64,000 nt of DNA from a virus: IMG/VR virus record IMGVR_UViG_3300024239_000016, positions 32,001-96,000 of that record; one strand, written 5' to 3'. Positions 29,951-37,933 of this stretch are shown here, one piece after another. Made by a program: the position numbers and the translations under genes. Position 1 is the first letter of the stretch, and each line of letters opens with the position of its first letter. The notes under the pieces are model-generated. The model saw only the letters and a program-made list of their open reading frames with translations, made no database searches and was not told the origin of the DNA.

Positions 29951-30298
29951 ATGTCACGTAAAGAACATAAAGGTCAAAAATTCGATCTTGCTTACGGCGT
30001 AGATCGCTATAGTGGGGCTTTCGTTCAGCTCTTCCAATCTCCGATGGACGATCAAGATGGCGCTTTCCTCAACGTGGATTCCCACGGAGTGCGTCTCGAT
30101 GAAGATCATCCCGAACTGCCCACTGAGCTCACCAAAGTGATCTCGGGGCTGAAATTGGCTTTCTGCCGTTATAAGGAAGCTCACAACGATAATCCGAATC
30201 TCTCGGTCGATCATGTGCTGCATGTTGCCCGCGCAGCTGATCAATTCGATACCTTCTCGGAAAAAGAAGTGTATCAGGTCTTTGGCGATAACGCTTGA
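29951..30298 (+). CDS. Hypothetical protein
   Basis: ATG 29951; the ORF-track start lies inside the tRNA. Confidence 0.75.
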   Translation: MSRKEHKGQKFDLAYGVDRYSGAFVQLFQSPMDDQDGAFLNVDSHGVRLDEDHPELPTELTKVISGLKLAFCRYKEAHNDNPNLSVDHVLHVARAADQFDTFSEKEVYQVFGDNA

Positions 30299-30309
30299 AA
30301 AAAAAAAAG

Positions 30310-30877
30310 CATGTGCTCGCTATTGTCTGAATAGTAAAGAAAGCACGGACTTACTGAGTCCGATAGTGAGGCAGTCCTGCATTGTCGTCAGATCAAGGCC
30401 TATTCATGATAGGTACAGTTTGACATCAGACTCTGGCAGTTAGGCTGATCAGAAGTGGAGCCGTGATAGTTCCGGATTTCGCAAAACCCTCAGATTACTT
30501 CTGTGGTCAGATGCGAGAGATGATGGAGTACCAGTGTCGAAGAGTGTGCGAGGGTGAACCTAGCGCTCTTAAACGGTCGACTAAATCAGAACTGATATTT
30601 GGCTATCGGCGATGAGGATTGGTTTAGAATCATGCCAATGTTCGAAATCCAAGTTCAAGGAGTTTATTGGGTAGTGATGAGAGAACTATCCTAGATACGT
30701 TTTCTCATCACTAGAACAGACGACATCCAGGCGAAACTGGGTTAAGTGAACTAGACCCACCAATCCATAGCACATAGGTGAATACGCACTCCCTTAGGTC
30801 TAGAGTGTCAGTAGTTCGCGCGGACTACCTCGACAGCATCGCCCTTGCAAAGCGGTGCTGTCCTGGAAGTGCGCATG
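30310..30877 (+). ncRNA. Large (about 570 nt) structured RNA directly upstream of tRNA-Pro
   Basis: Terminal helix CATGTGC 30310-16/GCGCATG 30871-77; 15-bp stem 30672-86/30699-713; stems 30616-23/30759-66 and 30832-42/30852-62; no credible ORF. Confidence 0.7.
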
Positions 30878-30884
30878 AAATTGT

Positions 30885-30961
30885 CCGTTCGTAGCGCAGC
30901 CTGGTAGCGCATCTGTTTTGGGAACAGAGGGTCGCAAGTTCGAATTTTGCCGGGCGGACCA
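30885..30961 (+). tRNA. trnP: tRNA-Pro(TGG)
   Basis: Anticodon arm TCTGT-TTTGGGA-ACAGA, C1-G72, A73, CCA. Confidence 0.95.
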
Positions 30962-30985
30962 TTCTTATTTTACCAAGAGGTAATC

Positions 30986-31228
30986 ATGCAATCAAACCAT
31001 AAAAAAGATGGCGTTGAAGCAATAAAAGAGCTGATCAAAGAAGTATGGAATACGCTCAAACGGCTTATCGAAGACTGTTTCATTAAACTGATGCAAAAGC
31101 ACATCAGGTGCTCTAGCAAAAAGAATTGGGTAGCGCGCAGCTCAAGTATTTTTTCTTTGGGCGACCGCAAATTACTTGGCATCAGGCGACATACCCCTGA
31201 TCGTTGGCTAGGTTATATTCGGAATTAG
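30986..31228 (+). CDS. Hypothetical protein
   Basis: RBS GAGGT, ATG 30986. Confidence 0.65.
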   Translation: MQSNHKKDGVEAIKELIKEVWNTLKRLIEDCFIKLMQKHIRCSSKKNWVARSSSIFSLGDRKLLGIRRHTPDRWLGYIRN

Positions 31229-31249
31229 TAACATTGGGAGCGGTGTAAC

Positions 31250-31675
31250 ATGAATCTTCATTTCACATCCCCTAGCGTTGGGAGCGATGTATGGATTGTC
31301 AAGGAGGATAAAATCCTTGGCACTGGCGCTGTAGTGGGATTTGATGGACAAGATCGACTGAGTGTGATGTTAAAAGACGCTGCAGCGAACGATCTACTTC
31401 CTCTGACTACCGATGACTTAAAAAGCATTGGTTATGGTTATTTATTTATCGGCTATGATGCGAATACGTGCGATTTACATCGTAATCAGGCAATAGTCGA
31501 TCTTATCAAAGATGACAGCCCTCTAATTGGCACTTCCATTGTTGATAAATTTAAACTCCGCTATGGTCTTGTTAACGACCGTTTCAAAAATGTCCCTGGT
31601 TATCGCGAAGCGTGCATCATGGAAGTCGGCCAGTCATTGACTGAACTACCCCAGAGGTCCTGTGATGGTGCGTAG
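31250..31675 (+). CDS. Hypothetical protein
   Basis: RBS GGAG, 141 aa. Confidence 0.75.
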   Translation: MNLHFTSPSVGSDVWIVKEDKILGTGAVVGFDGQDRLSVMLKDAAANDLLPLTTDDLKSIGYGYLFIGYDANTCDLHRNQAIVDLIKDDSPLIGTSIVDKFKLRYGLVNDRFKNVPGYREACIMEVGQSLTELPQRSCDGA

Positions 31676-32219
31676 AATATTTCAGAGCAGGGATTTACCG
31701 TGGCGTCAGCGTGTTACAATTGTTGTTGTCAACGATAACGGGAATGTCCTCATCGCTAATCAGCCCCCGTTACCGCCTTATAACGAAAAAATGCTGACCC
31801 TACCTGGAGGCGGCATTGAGCCAGGACAGACTCCAGAAGAGGCAGTAGCAGCTGAGCTTCTTGAAGAGGTTGGCGTCAAAGTAAGCGGCATTCAGGTACT
31901 TGACTGTCATACATTCGAAGAGCCGTTTACCGTGCTAAAGCCAGGAGAAGGTACCCCAGTTCAAATCGAGCGTCGCAAGTTGTTTAAAGGCGTACAATCT
32001 GTTGCTTATTTTGCCAAGTTCGAACGCACCATCAATGGTGGTAAAGGCACTGGCAATGATGCAATGGAATGGGAATGGTATCCGTTCCATAGGGCTACTG
32101 GAATAATGCTCGCTCAGCGTGCCCTGGCAATTAAAACTGGAAGAAATGGAAAGCTCCATATGTTCATGGCAGACGCGATCAGGGTCGCTAAAGACCATTT
32201 TTATAAAATAGAAAGCTAA
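31662..32219 (+). CDS. Nudix hydrolase with a divergent Nudix box
   Basis: LPGGGIEPGQTPEEAVAAELLEEVG. Confidence 0.85.
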   Translation: MMVRRIFQSRDLPWRQRVTIVVVNDNGNVLIANQPPLPPYNEKMLTLPGGGIEPGQTPEEAVAAELLEEVGVKVSGIQVLDCHTFEEPFTVLKPGEGTPVQIERRKLFKGVQSVAYFAKFERTINGGKGTGNDAMEWEWYPFHRATGIMLAQRALAIKTGRNGKLHMFMADAIRVAKDHFYKIES

Positions 32220-32249
32220 ACTGCTCGCTAGTATGAGCGGGTGAAGCTT

Positions 32250-33230
32250 CAATTAGGGCATTACCGAAAAATACGCTGGTAGTAGTGAAGAGATTCTTGT
32301 ATCGATGACAGATAGCTGTCGGTATTTCCGTGTCATGGCGGATAGATCAGCGAGTACTTTACACGGAACAGCGTAACCGAAAGGCGGTAAAACAACACCA
32401 TGAAAGCGGACATCCGCGCGCACATGTGTAGTACCGGTCATACAGACCGGAACGAGCTACTCTGACGCGATGGAAAAAATGGGCTGCCATAGTGGAGAAC
32501 TCTTAGTAGTGTTTAGGATAGCTGTGAGACAATGAAGCTCAGTCGCCAGGTTGAGTGGAGTCATCCTTGAAATAGCAGCCATAAACGGAGTTCAGTTGAA
32601 TGCAGTGTGATGAATCGTACGCCGCGTGGCCAGGCGATGAAATCACATTCCTCGGAAAGTCGGCGAATGTTTGATGTGTAAGGCCGTTGGGTCTCCGTGA
32701 GAGCGGAGACTGGAACAAGGTGAAACGGCGTTGAGTCGTCAGTGCTAAACTAACGAACAACGAGGCTGGGTCGAAAGATGCCGCTTACTGGATGTTCGAA
32801 TCGTCCCACAATACTAACGCCGAGCCAAGTCTGTGTGATCCGTAATGGGAAAATCGCCTCTGTAAAAAAGTCCAGTGTGCGAGGATGCTGTTGCGAACTA
32901 TCAGAAAGGTGTAGAGAGTAGACCCGAGGGACCTAAAACAATTTGTCGATAATAGCTATTGGATCACTTCATCGCGCGCCGCGGGGTGTTGGTCTAGTAA
33001 CAGGTAGCTTAGATGGGTTGTCATGGTAGAGGCGTATTCCAGACCACAAACAAAATCAGGGCTCCTAAAGAAAGAGTAACGCCTGTTTCTGGTAGTGAAA
33101 ACTATAGTGGTAGGCTTCCTAAGCCTGTATCTCCTGTTCTAGACATAGGGGATGGTTTCTTCAATAGAAGCAGTACCACGAGATAATATCGGTATTCTTA
33201 GATACTATCGTAAAACTCGTGCACAAAGAG
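32250..33230 (+). ncRNA. Very large structured RNA containing a group I ribozyme core (IC3/Azoarcus-like), copy C; ends approximate
   Basis: P3 CCTCGG 32650-55/CCGAGG 32924-29; P4 TCGGCG 32660-65/CGCCGA 32818-23; P6 GCC/GGT; P7 G(A)GAGTA 32914-20/TATTCC 33035-40; P8 ACC/GGT plus ACAATTT/GGGTTGT; P9 ACCAC 33043-47/GTGGT 33107-11; no ORF. Confidence 0.87.
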
Positions 33231-33237
33231 TTCAGTA

Positions 33238-33325
33238 GGGGGTTTGGCAGAGCGGTCGATTGCACTGGTCTTGAAAACCAGCGATGGGAAACCATCCGTG
33301 AGTTCGAATCTCACAGCCCCCGCCA
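33238..33325 (+). tRNA. trnS: tRNA-Ser(TGA)
   Basis: Anticodon arm CTGGT-CTTGAAA-ACCAG, long variable arm, G73, CCA. Confidence 0.96.
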
Positions 33326-33330
33326 ACAAA

Positions 33331-33875
33331 GGAGATCTGATTGCGAAGTCTTGGTCGTAAAGTTTTAATTCTTACGGCCTCGTGTCTTTTGGCAGCTACG
33401 TTTCCTCTTATCGTTTTTGGATTAAGCAACAAAGCTCAATCTGTCGTATGCTTACCGTCCCAGTTAGTAGGACTGGATAACAGTAGTTCAGTACGGAAAG
33501 CAGATAGCTGGTTAAGTGATGTTGATGAACAATCGGCACGCCTTGCCGATCCGCAGCGCCCTATCAGCGCATATAACCCAAATCGCCTAAGAGCTAATGC
33601 AAGACATGGTAAGGGACCATGAGTCTGCACCCAAACTACACCAGGTCACGTGTAAACACTCACAAACAAATACCACTCGTGTGGTAGAGCGTTAGAAGCT
33701 AAAGCTATGGTAGCCGAAGATGATTGTGGATCGTACATCGAACATAATTCCTGATCAGAGTTACGATCGATAAGATGCGACCATTGAAGACTCAGAGCCA
33801 ACCAACGATTACGCTATAAAGAAGCAAAGGATTTATCCGAGCGCACTGTGTCGCATTAAAGGTGGATCCGACAGT
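33331..33875 (+). ncRNA. Candidate large structured RNA directly downstream of tRNA-Ser(TGA)
   Basis: Long-range pairs 33352-59/33776-83, 33406-13/33768-75 and 33382-88/33601-07; many local hairpins; followed by a 13-bp hairpin at 33881-33910. Confidence 0.55.
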
Positions 33876-33975
33876 TTCAATTGCAGACTGAGAAAGCTCT
33901 CAGTCTGCAATCCAGTTTGTATCTTACCGTGTACCAACTGGATTGCACGACTGTGTAAAAGTTAGATAGAGATAA

Positions 33976-34185
33976 ATGCCAAAATTTACTTTACATCAGT
34001 ATAAATTAGTCAATTGCTCTTTAGCTAAAGCTCTTGGCGACAACAGCGCTAAAACCGTAATTGACCTTGCAAGAGGTCGAGTGTGCCCAATTTGCCATAA
34101 TTATAAAAATGGCGGATGCGCGGCTTCTCGTAAATTGTTGGAGTTAAGAATGAACAAAAAAATTAACGACGAGATCCCACTGTAG
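33976..34185 (+). CDS. Small hypothetical protein with CxxC
   Basis: 69 aa, CPIC. Confidence 0.5.
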   Translation: MPKFTLHQYKLVNCSLAKALGDNSAKTVIDLARGRVCPICHNYKNGGCAASRKLLELRMNKKINDEIPL

Positions 34186-34241
34186 CGTTCAGCGAGAATG
34201 CCAAAAGATAGTCTTTTGGACGCTGAGCGCGGGAGAGAATC

Positions 34242-34496
34242 TTGTCCAGATCACTGCGTGTGTATAAAACCAAAGTTAAGAAATTGGCTAGGTTAAAAAG
34301 GATTACTGCCAAGAGTTACGCTGCCATCGGTTTTGTAAAGGTAAACGTTCTGTTACAGACTCCTAAAATCTGTAGTTGTCATATGTGCGGCAATGCAAGA
34401 AAGCACTATAGGCGCCGCACGCTTAAAGAAGAGCGCGACCTTGTTGATTACAAGGAGCAGCTTAAGAGCCTTTCGTTGATCCCTTCCTACAGGTAG
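34242..34496 (+). CDS. Small basic protein with TPK-x-CSCxMCGNxRK motif
   Basis: Motif recognised from small phage/bacterial proteins; TTG start after GGGAG. Confidence 0.65.
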   Translation: MSRSLRVYKTKVKKLARLKRITAKSYAAIGFVKVNVLLQTPKICSCHMCGNARKHYRRRTLKEERDLVDYKEQLKSLSLIPSYR

Positions 34497-34499
34497 ACT

Positions 34500-34805
34500 A
34501 ACTTGGGTGATTGTAGGAGTAGCCCAAAAATAAGCCGTAACAAGCTGGGAAGAAAACCCAGTACCATTTTAGCGAATGGTGAGGAGTGTTACGGAGCCAT
34601 GATGAGTTATTTTAACCAACGACCAATCAGGATTCTCGAATCTAAATGCGACATATGGCCTTAGTGACATCATAGCGGCTGACCACTCGGCAATATATGG
34701 CTGGCCGGCCCGGTCCCTGGCGCGATCCGCGAGTGCTCGCGGATATCCGCCGCTGCCGACTTGTTGCAAATAGATGGATCCAGATGTAACTCAATATTGG
34801 TGTAC
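34500..34805 (+). ncRNA. Candidate structured RNA (about 300 nt)
   Basis: Stems 34535-42/34587-94, 34604-10/34786-92 and 34687-92/34754-59, hairpin 34725-44; followed by terminator hairpin 34808-31. Confidence 0.5.
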
Positions 34806-34911
34806 CGCAGCACGCCCCTAGGGGCGTGCTGTAGTTAATTTATTTTTTATTTATTTTAGAAAATTCTTTTATTAATTTTTAATAAAAGAATCTTTTATAA
34901 GGAACAAAATC

Positions 34912-35757
34912 ATGGGAAAAGAAGCTAATGTGACTAAGCCACTAGCTGTTATAATTAAAGGTAACCCAAAGTACCTTGATAAGAAAGAAATCAAACCAAT
35001 CGCCGATGAATTTTACAAGACAGTAAAAAATCTTCTTGAAGAACAAGGCTTCCATGTAACCTTTGACAGTGGCGAGGATTTCACCAAACCGGATATTGCT
35101 GCCAAGGTATGGGTAGCGCATTCGCGTGGAATTGGAAGATTACAATATGCACCGGATCATATCAAAACCGTAGCTTTAGATACCAAAAATGGAAAAGATG
35201 GCACTGACCCAAAGCATTATCAGCTTTCTTCTAAGGATATAAAAAACCTCAATAGTTTAAAAGAAGAACCCTCGTCCGGTACGGTGCCATTGACATTAAA
35301 TCTTCTCGACGAATACATCAAGTTCAGGCAACAATCGCATAAAGAGAGCGATTATGTGAACGCTCTCTCGAAAAATGATGCTGTGAAACAAATCAGTGAG
35401 CAAAACAAGGACAACAAAACAGCTCTAGTTGCTCTGAAGGACGGAGAAATTGTCGGTCAGCTATTTGTTACTGCGCCGACTAAAAAACGCAATATAGCGA
35501 TCATCAATCTGATCTCGGTTCTAGAATCTGAGCAAGGAACCGGATTAGCGCATCGTTTGATGAAGAAAGCTATCTGGATCGCGGAAGACGCTGATTGCGA
35601 CAAACTTCAGCTGATTGTCAATAATAAAAATGAAAAGGCAATCAAGTTTTACAAAAAACACAATTTCAAGCCAATTAACAATTACTCAACTCGCGCCACT
35701 ACTTATGAACTCGATCTTCCTTATGATCGAGACTTAGGCGATCACGAATACAGATAA
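34912..35757 (+). CDS. Two-domain protein: small alpha/beta-hydrolase-like N-terminus plus GNAT acetyltransferase C-terminus
   Basis: AHSRG elbow-like motif; V..SEQGTGLAHRLM (acetyl-CoA motif A) and N.KAIKFYKKHNF. Confidence 0.75.
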   Translation: MGKEANVTKPLAVIIKGNPKYLDKKEIKPIADEFYKTVKNLLEEQGFHVTFDSGEDFTKPDIAAKVWVAHSRGIGRLQYAPDHIKTVALDTKNGKDGTDPKHYQLSSKDIKNLNSLKEEPSSGTVPLTLNLLDEYIKFRQQSHKESDYVNALSKNDAVKQISEQNKDNKTALVALKDGEIVGQLFVTAPTKKRNIAIINLISVLESEQGTGLAHRLMKKAIWIAEDADCDKLQLIVNNKNEKAIKFYKKHNFKPINNYSTRATTYELDLPYDRDLGDHEYR

Positions 35758-35760
35758 GCT

Positions 35761-36075
35761 ATGAAAAACGCACAGAAAATACACACGACAACAGCTGAAG
35801 AAATAAAAGCAGCTGTAATAGCGGCAGGGGTAAGTTCAACCAAATTAAGGGAATGTAGCATCTGTGGAACGAAGTTATTTTATTCGTTTGATCAAGAAGT
35901 AATTAGAAACTCCGATGAGAAGGGAGTCTTCTTCACATCAGAATGTGAGTGCACTTCTTTCGGAGTTGCTCCGCAGCCAAGAACGTGGGAAGATATCGCG
36001 TTTTTGATTAATTTACAAATCACCACCGAGAACTACAATAAGGCTCGCCAACTCTTTTTCTTAGATCCAATCTAA
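35761..36075 (+). CDS. Hypothetical protein, possible Zn ligands (CSIC, CEC)
   Basis: 104 aa. Confidence 0.7.
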   Translation: MKNAQKIHTTTAEEIKAAVIAAGVSSTKLRECSICGTKLFYSFDQEVIRNSDEKGVFFTSECECTSFGVAPQPRTWEDIAFLINLQITTENYNKARQLFFLDPI

Positions 36076-36153
36076 ACTCACCATCATGAAAATCAAATTC
36101 TATCAAAACTACGACTCGGATTAAATATTTTAATTAATCCGGGGAGTATCCAG

Positions 36154-36528
36154 ATGTCCAGAACCGTTCGTAGGAAGAACTTGGCTTATTTGTACAATCG
36201 TTATGTCGAAAACATCGATTGCATTTATGTTATCGGTAACGTTATTTACATTAAGCGCGACTGGCGGTTTGAGCTGTGTGAGGTCATGAAGCTCAATCGC
36301 ATCAACATGTCCGATCCGGATGCCTACGTCGCGTGCGAGCGCGCTCGCTTTCATTCGGACGCCAGGCGTATCAGCAGTCGCGAAAAGCCCAATAAATTTG
36401 GTCGCAAATACCTGCAACGCAGTTATCGTAACTATGTCAAAAATGCTATTCGCAATGCCGTTAAAACTGATCTGGAGAACTATCCTGTCATTCCGCGACG
36501 CTACATCTGCGCTGGCTACTTTGACTGA
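36154..36528 (+). CDS. Basic hypothetical protein (MSRTVRRK start)
   Basis: RBS GGGGAG, 124 aa. Confidence 0.75.
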   Translation: MSRTVRRKNLAYLYNRYVENIDCIYVIGNVIYIKRDWRFELCEVMKLNRINMSDPDAYVACERARFHSDARRISSREKPNKFGRKYLQRSYRNYVKNAIRNAVKTDLENYPVIPRRYICAGYFD

Positions 36529-36574
36529 CAGTAAAGGAAATGTGTTTAAGATTTTTTTGAACATATATTTCTAT

Positions 36575-37240
36575 TATGAGTTCGGCCAAGTTTCATAGTC
36601 TGAATTCATTCCCGGTACTAACTTACCGTGAGATCGTAACGATCGGGTTGGAGTCGTATAATCGAGCACCTGTACCGCGCCGGGGAATCCTCTCGAGGAT
36701 ATACTCGCCGCATCGACATAATCGGCGCCTTGTAGTATTGGCCCCGACAGTCTGAGAAACACATCCGCGTAACTTCGGGTGGAGTTTACTTTACGTGGTT
36801 TTTTACTCGATGAATGCTTGTAGAATTGATGCGTTGTAAAGGACAAATCTTTTTAAACGATTACAAGCTCGACGGAGTCGGTTGCCCTACACTGACTCCG
36901 AGACAATAGATGCAGTAGGGATGGCTAGTTTCGCTAGGTCTGATTAAGGCGAGCGAAAGGTGGAGTGCAGATTTTTAGCAGATAGGTGTCGCGACCGACC
37001 CGTTAAATTTTTGCGCGTAGAAGCCCATAGTCAGCACCGCCGCCATCCGGGTGATGGCAAAAGTTAGATTGCAATTTTATCGAAAACACGCTCGTAGGCT
37101 GACATCACGTCGATCTGCTCTGCGTCGGTGTAAACAGCCGTGCAATCAGTTAGTAGCTCGCGATAGCTACCGTCTGGGTCGTGTGTGGAAACACGATCCT
37201 TTCGATAGTTCTTGCGTAAGGGGTACATCCCCTGTTTTAC
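36575..37240 (+). ncRNA. Candidate large structured RNA(s) with an H-type pseudoknot
   Basis: 10-bp stem 36873-82/36891-900 whose loop CCCTAC 36885-90 pairs with GTAGGG 36915-20; nested stems AGCAGAT/ATCTGCT, ACCGAC/GTCGGT and GTCAGC/GCTGAC. Confidence 0.6.
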
Positions 37241-37272
37241 ACACCTCCCTTCGGGGAGGTGTGTATTTTTTT
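37238..37272 (+). terminator. Intrinsic terminator
   Basis: TACACACCTCCC-TTCG-GGGAGGTGTGTA followed by a T-run. Confidence 0.9.
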
Positions 37273-37297
37273 ATGCTGTTTAATTTAAGGAGACAAA

Positions 37298-37564
37298 ATG
37301 AGCAGCGACAATGTAGATGACGATTTAAATAGTCGTCGTATGGCTAAACAGTTACTAGCGATGGAATTAGCTAGTCATTTTCACCAGCAGGCCATACGAC
37401 TGCGTGCAAAATCCATGCATGCAAAAGCAATAGCGGATATGCCTGAAGGGGCAATTGATGCGGATGAGCTGTCCGAAGTTGTCCGTATGGCCGGTAACTA
37501 TGCTGCGTCCACTATAACTCTCGGTATGGATATCTACATTGATCCAACTGGTGAGTCATTGTGA
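37298..37564 (+). CDS. Hypothetical protein
   Basis: RBS AAGGAG. Confidence 0.75.
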   Translation: MSSDNVDDDLNSRRMAKQLLAMELASHFHQQAIRLRAKSMHAKAIADMPEGAIDADELSEVVRMAGNYAASTITLGMDIYIDPTGESL

Positions 37565-37690
37565 AAACGGTTTTCTTTATCCTGGTATCCGGAGCCGCAT
37601 GGCTCTGGATATTTTCAAAAATTGAACCTATGTGGTTAGCTGTCTTGCGAGCAGCCTACATAGGTTATTCTTTTATATAGGAGTTTAGCT

Positions 37691-37924
37691 GTGCCTTATG
37701 GAATCGATCAGCTGCGTGTACCAACCACCAAGTCCGAGCGAGAGGACAAAAAGTACGACATGAACGACGTAATGCGAGCGGCGCGCCTCCGTATGGAAGG
37801 CAATGGCATTTGCATAAACGCCATCAGTCGCCGTCGCCTAAACAAAAATTCGCGATTTACCATGATTGAGTTGAATCAAATAGTTGACGAAGTTGTCGAC
37901 GATTCCAACTTCTACAACCAATGA
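37691..37924 (+). CDS. Hypothetical protein
   Basis: RBS AGGAG, GTG start. Confidence 0.7.
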   Translation: MPYGIDQLRVPTTKSEREDKKYDMNDVMRAARLRMEGNGICINAISRRRLNKNSRFTMIELNQIVDEVVDDSNFYNQ

Positions 37925-37933
37925 GGAAATGCC

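Noticed and set aside
30310-30877. A third group I core
   Set aside because: Only a 13-nt match to copy A; no P4 pair and no complementary P7 3' strand found
33341-33622. ORF-track ORFs in the RNA island (30213-30443, 33341-33622, 37051-37320 and minus-strand ORFs)
   Set aside because: Weak starts, atypical composition and overlap with extensive base-pairing
27734-37272. tmRNA or RNase P RNA
   Set aside because: No Ala-type acceptor stem with T-arm and CCA, and no GAGGAAAGUCC-type P4 motif seen
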